This document shows, piece by piece, positions 63,665 through 64,000 of a DNA stretch of 64,000 nucleotides. Positions within the stretch are counted from its first letter, which is position 1, and each line of letters starts with the position of its first letter. Position numbers and translations under genes: made by a program. Below the pieces are notes generated by a model. The model was not told the origin of the DNA and searched no databases. It was given only the letters and a program-made list of their open reading frames with translations. Source of the DNA: a virus (taxonomy: Duplodnaviria > Caudoviricetes); the IMG/VR virus record IMGVR_UViG_3300024331_000007, positions 256,001 through 320,000 of that record. The stretch is one strand, 5' to 3'.

Positions 63665-64000
63665 ATGTCTAATTTCAAGACCAGTTCCAGAATCATTGAG
63701 CACGTAGTTGAAATGAGTCTAGCTGTTGCATTCAGTTTTGAGCACACAACCGTAACAACTGAACATGTACTTCTCGGAATCATGCAAAATTCAATTTTGC
63801 GGCGATTTATGGCTGCGAGTAATGTTCAGGTCAATGAACTACTTACCGATGTAATTGATTATGTTGATCAAAATTCTCATCTCCTGAAAAATCCAACTCA
63901 ACAACTCGGCGGAGAGGGATATCTCACAGGACAACTCACGTCTGAACTGATTGTTCTGTTTAAAAATCTTGAGAATTACGCAAAGTCTGAGAATCGAGAA
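63665..64000 (+). CDS. ClpA/ClpB-like AAA+ ATPase, N-terminal Clp repeat domain (partial)
   Basis: Manual translation MSNFKTSSRIIEHVVEMSLAVAFSFEHTTVTTEHVLLGIM...; H-x2-V-T-x-E-H-x-L-L is the Clp N-domain motif; GAGGG SD. Confidence 0.75.
   Translation, partial: MSNFKTSSRIIEHVVEMSLAVAFSFEHTTVTTEHVLLGIMQNSILRRFMAASNVQVNELLTDVIDYVDQNSHLLKNPTQQLGGEGYLTGQLTSELIVLFKNLENYAKSENRE

Noticed and set aside
1-64000. Many ORF-track entries of 60-135 aa antisense to or nested in long genes (e.g. 325-624, 3198-3509, 5436-5837, 14080-14463, 24897-25265)
   Set aside because: Shadow ORFs: no SD or promoter, no motifs, and complete overlap with better-supported genes.
1-64000. Alternative genetic code (stop recoding, as in some jumbo phages)
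   Set aside because: Code 11 gives dense, full-length core genes, and TAA, TGA and TAG all appear as real stops.

Overview
A 64-kb segment of a large lytic T4-superfamily (jumbo-type) myophage genome, about 40% GC by eye, standard genetic code. There is no rRNA, tRNA, CRISPR array or integrase. (1) 1-12.4 kb is an early/accessory region. Two divergent operons start from a cluster of sigma70-type promoters (6.8-7.9 kb) and are filled with about 33 tandem, translationally coupled paralogues of one ~70-aa family (V-x3-YP-x-A ... A-W-x2-A ... ML-x-KLE-S). Three more copies lie at 27.1-27.8 kb, and the same C-terminal KLE tail also ends unrelated proteins. (2) 12.4-20.9 kb holds late-promoter genes, including a putative capsid-targeted nuclease-like protein, two adjacent Pol-beta-superfamily nucleotidyltransferases, glycosyltransferase-like genes and conserved hypotheticals. 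(3) 21-28.7 kb holds gp5 and a minus-strand gp55-gp47-gp46 operon, where gp55 appears to start at ATT. (4) 28.7-60.3 kb is the baseplate/tail module: tail-tube cap, gp53, hub, gp25, gp6, very large wedge/fibre proteins, and a signal-peptide SGNH protein. (5) 60.3-64 kb holds a lipoprotein, a hairpin-rich non-coding region, a DenA-like GIY-YIG nuclease, DnaJ and the start of a ClpA/B-like ATPase. Seven free-standing homing endonuclease genes are scattered through the window. Family assignments come from motif recognition only; no database search was run. Several starts are corrected relative to the ORF track using SD sites and ATGA overlaps.
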